From Octopus vulgaris (taxonomy: Eukaryota), in NCBI GenBank assembly GCA_951406725.2, contig OX597831.1:17422001-17486000 (forward strand): DNA of 64,000 nt, read 5' to 3'. The first letter of the stretch is position 1. Every line of letters starts with the position of its first letter. Positions 56,110 through 64,000 of the stretch are shown in pieces. Under the pieces are notes generated by a model. The model ran no database searches. It saw only the letters and a program-made list of their open reading frames with translations, and was not told where the DNA came from. A program made the translations under genes and the position numbers.

Positions 56110-58500
56110 TAACATTAAAGGATCACGCTTGTTCTCCAATATTCAAGCATCTAAATATGAGAAACCGAAATTCGAGGTTAATCGTTGCCAATGAGCACGT
56201 ATTTGGACGGATGATAATCTTTATGAAGAAGCATGATTGATTGTGTCCTTAGAAAAACGGCAACACCACGGAAAATAGGTGTTTTGCATTAAGGTATGAA
56301 ACCGAATCTGCCGTTAAGAGACCGTTTAAGAACTGCTACAGGATGTTCTGTGGTTGTCCATTTGAAAGATGTCGGTTTTCATGCCTGTTCCCCCGTCACT
56401 CATAAATATGAAGAACCGAAAAACGAGGTTAAGCTTTGCCAAAGAGATCGTAATTTAGAAGGATGACAATTGATTCTGTCTGTTCCTCAATGACAAATGC
56501 AAGATCAGTTTGTTTGCCTCCGGTAATAGGCAGGACATGAGACGGCTGATAAATGAAGGATTGCTCCCTAAATGCCTGAAGATATGAGTGAAACTTTCAG
56601 TTAGGCGTATAATGGTATGGTGAATGGGTTCTACGGCAGGTGCTGGGCAATTTATCAGGGTCCATACTAATGTGAATGAATCATATATTGAATCATCCAA
56701 CAAATTACGATAACAAATACTATTCTATATTTTCTGCATAACGTATTACGTACATTATGTGCATTGGACGGATAGCTGTTCTCACCTCGTTTCTTGTTAC
56801 TACAACGTCTTGATAGATGTACTTCCCAATATTCATCAGGGTTCTGGTGGAATTTAGAACCCTCCTAATTCCGAAGCTATTATTGTTTCTGTTGTTCCTT
56901 TTCTTAGTAGCGTGCGATCTTATCCACTTCGCTATATGCTCATCGGCATTTATGGAGCGAGTTGTGGGGCTTATAGGCCTAAACACTTTTTGTTTTCTTG
57001 ATATCAGTATTAGGTCTGCTAAAATGTTTACAGCGTCCTGACGTAAATTCTGCCACTTTTAATATTCGTATTTTCTAATGGTTTTCTCTGCCTATTAATT
57101 TTACCTCATCCCAGAGGGGAAAGGTGGTCTCCGCTTAACCATACATGAACGGCGATGACTACGGTTCAGAGGCTACCCCATTGATCAAATGCTGGATCAG
57201 GTTCAAAATTCCACAATGACACCTGATGAAGACTGGAGAGTAAATCGGCCGAAAAGTGACTACAAACACTATGCAGACAAATAATGTGTGTGAATCAAAT
57301 TTCTTGGTCTGAAATATAACAACCTCCATTTTCTATATTGCTCTTCCATCCCTCTGGTAGATTTATACGTCTCCTCTTTTAAAATGTACTTGCCGTGAAG
57401 AAATATACATTTCCAGTCTTTTTGTGGCCACGTCTACAGTATTCACTTTTTCTGTCCAAGTGATTTTGAATACTGCTGAATAATTAATGATGAAATGGGG
57501 CAATGTCGGCGAATATGCTCGGTGCGGCATCGTCTCCCATCCAAACAGGTCCAACATTTGAACCAGCCTTATTCTGATGGAAGAATACATCTCGTCATGG
57601 AACCAAAGATCGTCGATTTTCTTCCAACGCTGACTTAAGCCCCTCGATTGCTTGCGATAGATGTCCTTTGTTATCGTAAGGTTTGGGCTTGAATCCTCAC
57701 AATGGAAATAAGCCCTTCAAACAGTAGGTAAAGTCCTTGTTTTTGTCGACTATGCTTCATAGAAGCATCAATTCGGCTCTCGTTTTGAACATAAATGCAT
57801 CATGATGCAATTCACCGTCACAGGCATTAGGAAACGTTATACCGTATTGTTTGGCATTCGTAGCGTAAGGTCCAATGCACAACATTCAGTGTATGCGGGT
57901 GTGGTTCTGAGGACAGCGCATGTAATCAGTGTGACAAAATCAAACGTCATCGCGTTTGAAGTAATCACTAATCGTTGCAGCGTTATGCCCGCTTTCCCCT
58001 TCCCATTCGGCGTCAAACTCAACTCCAAGGCCTGTATCACGTGCCTGGTGGAGGTAGTGTAGCAGTGGGACAATAGGGTGTCTGCTGGAAGCAAGTATTC
58101 TAGCAACAGGACTCCACACCCTGCCATACAAGCAGGAGAAAACAATCATGGCAGCCTTAAAATTTCTCCGACAATATCTACTCCAACTTCAGGCCACACA
58201 ACGCCTCAGCATGTAGCCTATATGATTATCATGTGTTTTGAGCTCATGAGCGTCAGACGAAAAGACAGAACTCCTTATAACACCCAATGAAGGGATTATG
58301 GCAGCATTGAACAACTTAACCAAGGACACATTCTGGAAAAGCGGCACGTGATTCCAAGGTCACCAATGGCAATTATTATATTCTAGAAATGTACCCTTTG
58401 GCTTTTCAAGATATTTTCGTGTCAATTTTGTAAATATATCTTCTAAAATGAGGGATCAGAATTAATTCCAGTTGTTTATAATTTAGACGTCCCTTTATTC
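56110..58500. mobile_element. Composite Tc1/mariner remnants in intron 2 of copy 4
   Basis: Near-identical to 38740-41080. Confidence 0.65.
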
Positions 58501-58602
58501 ACTCACACTGTATATATACATAGATACAGAACTGACTGCAATCAATGGACACATCATAATATGCCGTTTTATTTTTTATTCTTTTCTTTTCATGATTCTA
58601 AG

Positions 58603-58672
58603 GTTATTTGGCTACGCTACATTAACAGCTATTCTACAGACACAAATTATTTTAACGGAAACTGTTATATGA
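58603..58672 (+). CDS. Microgene copy 4, exon 3 ((G)LFGYATLTAILQTQIILTETVI*)
   Basis: Coding sequence identical to copy 3 exon 3; AATAAA at 58699-58704. Confidence 0.8.
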
Positions 58673-59505
58673 GAAGAATATTATGATGAAACCGAGCCAA
58701 TAAAAACTTTCTGGAGCTTAAAGAATGAAAAAGAGGCAATTATTTGAAGGAGGTGAAATATTATTGTACTAAAAAAAGAAAACTAATATTAGTTCAACAC
58801 ATATGAATCGGCATCACGAGACAAATATTTTTGGAGAAACATTCGTCGAAAATATTAAACAGAGAAATATGATATTTTTTGCCAATTCAAATTAATTTTT
58901 ATTATACTCTTTAATTTGTACTTATCAAGGCATGTACATATTAAAACTATTTAACTAATTAAACATTAAAAACATTATTAGTATTATTTAGCATTTTCTA
59001 TAATAAACATGATATAAAGAATATGTACGTTTATGGTATATATATATTACTATTTAACCTCTATGAATTCTTGGATGGATAATCATCTAAGATTCAACAA
59101 AACATTCAAAAACTATATATAATAGAAGGAATATTTTTCATTCATATAGTTAAATATATTTAATTATAATATTAGTAGTGTTACATGCATTAAAACTGAT
59201 TTGTCTAAAACAATTTACGGGAGCAATATATTTCCATAGTCTTAAGTATTGAACCTGGATAAGTACAGAATAGCATTTAAGTCTGGAAACGAGCAAGATG
59301 AAAGTATAGTTCTATATTTAAGTGTTAGGGAATTGTGTATTATTTACATTATTTATAATCGACGTTTATTTGTCCTTATCTTCTTTTTGTTGTGTATTGT
59401 TAACACAACGTTTCGGCTGATATACACTCCAACCTTCATTAGGTGTCTTGGGGGTAACTTCGAGCCTGGTTTCTCACCCCTAAGGTATTTTTATGCTATT
59501 ATTAA

Positions 59506-59563
<58 letters not shown>

Positions 59564-59574
59564 GTTATTATTAT

Positions 59575-60285
59575 GTTTTCCTTCGTTCTTCAAATTTTCT
59601 TCCGTTTCACGTCGAGTGTCATCCGTACACCTAAGGCAGAGTATGCATTTCCAGATTACACGCGTAAATTCACAGACTAAATATGTATGTACAAATTAAT
59701 AAATAAATAAATTTATGGATGGATGTTATTTTCACAGTGATAGTGCTCTTCTCAGTACATGAGCCTCTCCGGTTAATACGATTTTTTACACTTCCTGTAG
59801 GGATGGTAAGCCTGGAATCATTTTCAAATAGGTTTCAGTATCTTTTTTTTACCATTCTTAGAGATCCTACAATCACTGGTACTGTAGTCGTCTTGAGATG
59901 CCACATTTTTTTCAATTTCTATTAGCAGGTCTTTATATTTACTAATCTTGTCAAATTCTTTCGCCGCTATATTGTGTTCACAGGGAATACTCATGTCAAT
60001 TAATAAACACATCCTTTTTGTCTGATCTTTTATAATAATATCCGGTTTATTAGATTTTATAGTCCTGTCGGTCTGCTCAGGGAAGTCCCTGAGAATCGAC
60101 ACATATACTTCCTCAGTCACAGCTTCAGGATGGTGTTTATACCATTTGTCAGTAGTTTTGATTTTATAATGCCGACATATTGTCCATTGTAATACTGGCC
60201 GACTCTGTCACGTCTTGCTTTATATTCTGCAGGTCCTAAGACTCTACACCCTGATATTAGGTGGTCTATTGTTTCAATCTTCAAT
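59575..60285 (-). mobile_element. R4/Dong-type fragment (duplicate of 42200-42920)
   Basis: KPDII and DHLISGC motifs. Confidence 0.8.
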
Positions 60286-60329
60286 ATTATTATAATAATT
60301 AATTTTTTTATTATTATCATTATTAGTAA

Positions 60330-61390
<1,061 letters not shown>

Positions 61391-61396
61391 TATTAC

Positions 61397-61511
<115 letters not shown>

Positions 61512-61582
61512 ATTATTATTATTATTTTTTTTTTTTAATATTACTATTATTATTATTATTAATATTATTATTATTATTATTA

Positions 61583-61616
<34 letters not shown>

Positions 61617-61673
61617 TCCACTAAGTTCACTGTTTGATTCGAGGCAGTGACCCTAATAATAATAATAATGATG

Positions 61674-61748
<75 letters not shown>

Positions 61749-61837
61749 TTTAATAATAAAAATAATAACAATAACAACAACTACAACAACATAAAAAATA
61801 CCCCAAGAATGAGAACCCAGGTTGAAAATTACCCTCA

Positions 61838-61884
61838 GACACCTGATGAAATCTGGATAGTATATTCATTTGAAACGTTGTGTT
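61838..61884 (+). ncRNA. Minimal type I hammerhead ribozyme-like motif
   Basis: GACAC-CTGATGA-(stem II)-GAAA-CGTT-GTGTT, with stem I GACAC/GTGTT. About ten degenerate relatives occur in the window. Confidence 0.55.
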
Positions 61885-64000
61885 ATCAAGAAACAAGATG
61901 AGGACAAATATTTGTGAAATATAAATAATACTAATAACATAAGTAATATAAGAAGAACATTAGCTGACAATTTTACTGCTAAAGTTAAAATTTGTCAAGT
62001 AAATTTCTAAAATTATTATTTTTCTTGAGTGCAATGAATTGTTCTAAATATATTATTTGATTTCAATTGCAAATTTTAAAAATTGTTACGGATAATATAT
62101 TTGATATAAATACGTATTTGTATTGAGCTTAAAATACTTTGCGAAATTAAATTTAAATGTTGAAGTGAATCGAATTGTTTTTTGACAGTTTTTTAAATGG
62201 TTTAGAAACACTTCCCACTTTGCAATTGTATTTGTTTCAGCACACGATCTCATATCGAGTCACTTGCTATGCAAATACATTTCTATGATTTTTGGTTTAG
62301 TTTTACTATTATATAAATATTTGTTTTAATTATAATTCAATTTGGAAATTCGTTATCAATTCGTTTGAAATCCAGAATGCTGTGTTATTAAAAATGATAT
62401 TTTATATTTGCAGTTACAAGAATATTAAACACATTAAAGATAATAACGAATTTGTATGCAAAACGTAGAAAAACGTTAGTGTTTTAAAAAGAGGAATTTA
62501 GGGAATACAAGATTCAGTCAGTTTTAAATTTCTGTGATGGTATTCTTCAATCGTTCACGTCGGTGATATCAAATGTTTAATGTGTAATCTTCAATGCAAT
62601 TAGACATTTTACTCCAAATATAAATAGATACATAAGTATTTTAATTGAGATTTATTCGTAACAATAAGAATACCTGTATAAGCATAAGGAAATATTTAAT
62701 ATATTCAGGTGAATAATTGTAATTATGGAAACTACTAAGTGTTAATCTGAGGAGTGTAGAAGGGAAGAAATTTCAGATACGATACCGAAAATGATAGTAC
62801 AGCCATCGTACACTGTACTATATTCTTTCTAAATCATCACTAAATGGTTCACGGAAATATTACTGCAGCAGCGAAAACATATGTGTGTGGAATGCGTGGT
62901 AATACATATTCTGAATATTGTCATTGAACTAACCACAAATATATTCGTGCAGCAAAGAAGGTAAATCACTGTGGAGTCTTTTGCATTTCATTTCAGCGAC
63001 ATGATCAGTTAATTACTCACGTACCTATTCACAAGATTTTCGTAAACATATCTGTGATATCTGTGATATCATGCGATATCTGTGTGTCGACTGTGTTGAA
63101 TCAACCACTAGAAGAGTATTCTTATAACAAACTTAGTTTGTGAAGTCTACTTTCCCATGCTTAAATATCGTTTCTTCTTTACTTTTCCAGTTTTAACACA
63201 AGAATTGTATAGCATTGTGCACTGTTTACTTCATTTGTAGTTATATTTATATAAATCTGAGTGTAGTGTATATATGTATGTATGCGGGGCTCATTATTTG
63301 TTATGCATATGTATTGCTGGTGAGTGTGTGCATGCATCTCTTTAGTGTGTGAAACAGTGTTTCTACAAAATTTATATTTATTCATTTGTGATATATGTTA
63401 AATCCATTACATGAATTATTTCTTATTTAAACGTGTTAATTATATCACTTTTATCATAAGAAGTTCTTTTATTTCTCATATATCCACAAGTGTGAGTCAA
63501 TGAATTAACATATTAAACCTGAAATAAATGAAATATAGCAGCACCTATGTTATTGTAATAACAACACATGTTACAATCAGTATAACTTTACTTATGACAA
63601 TAATTTACAATTTTTCCTTATTTTCAATTTGAGGAAAGCCAATATTATCAGTATAGTTATATGTTCGTTGATAACAACTTGATAACCGATGAGAAAAAAC
63701 ACCCGTGAAGTTAAAACGAAATTCTGAGCTAGGTAACATTATACAGAAATTCTGCCAAGAATATCCCGAGTAAATGGCTGGAAGCTTACAAGAAACAATG
63801 AAAAATATTTGTTCTTCATTGTTATTGTATCAACCCTTTAAAAATACGAAGTTAATTAATTGGAAAAATTAAAAGCGTACAAAGACATTATCCCGAATGT
63901 CATAAATGTTCAAATATGAGCAAAAACATAAAACGAAAAGGTTTCTCCAGAGAAACTGAAAATTTAACACAGAGATAAACGAAGAAGACCATATATATAA

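Noticed and set aside
62700-63260. Possible exon(s) of another gene near the window end (GTGAGT donor on - near 63020)
   Set aside because: All frames leading to the donor contain nearby stops and I saw no similarity to the microgene exons.

Overview
This is AT-rich eukaryotic DNA packed with microsatellites ((TA)n, (TAA)n, (TAGA)n) and decayed transposons: Tc1/mariner, R4/Dong-type RLE retrotransposons, RTE, Penelope-like elements, SINEs and one Helitron. The repeat landscape suggests an octopus genome (inference). Nearly all ORFs in the supplied track are repeat artefacts. The main result is missed by that track: a tandem array of four paralogous three-exon microgenes on the + strand, at 2087-10573, 20652-30933, 32594-41252 and 46446-58672. 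Each encodes a 59-69 aa precursor with a signal peptide (exon 1), a hypervariable Cys/Tyr-containing core ending in an N-A-A/N-N-A motif (exon 2), and a conserved hydrophobic C-terminal tail (exon 3). This fits tiny (about 14-22 aa) GPI-anchored, disulfide-looped surface peptides. The array shows birth-and-death signs: segmental duplications, a deleted fifth copy, a duplicated frameshifted exon 1, mosaic introns and only nonsynonymous changes in the mature region of the two youngest copies. Degenerate hammerhead-ribozyme motifs and long foldback hairpins also occur. Exon coordinates were read base by base; transposon boundaries are approximate.
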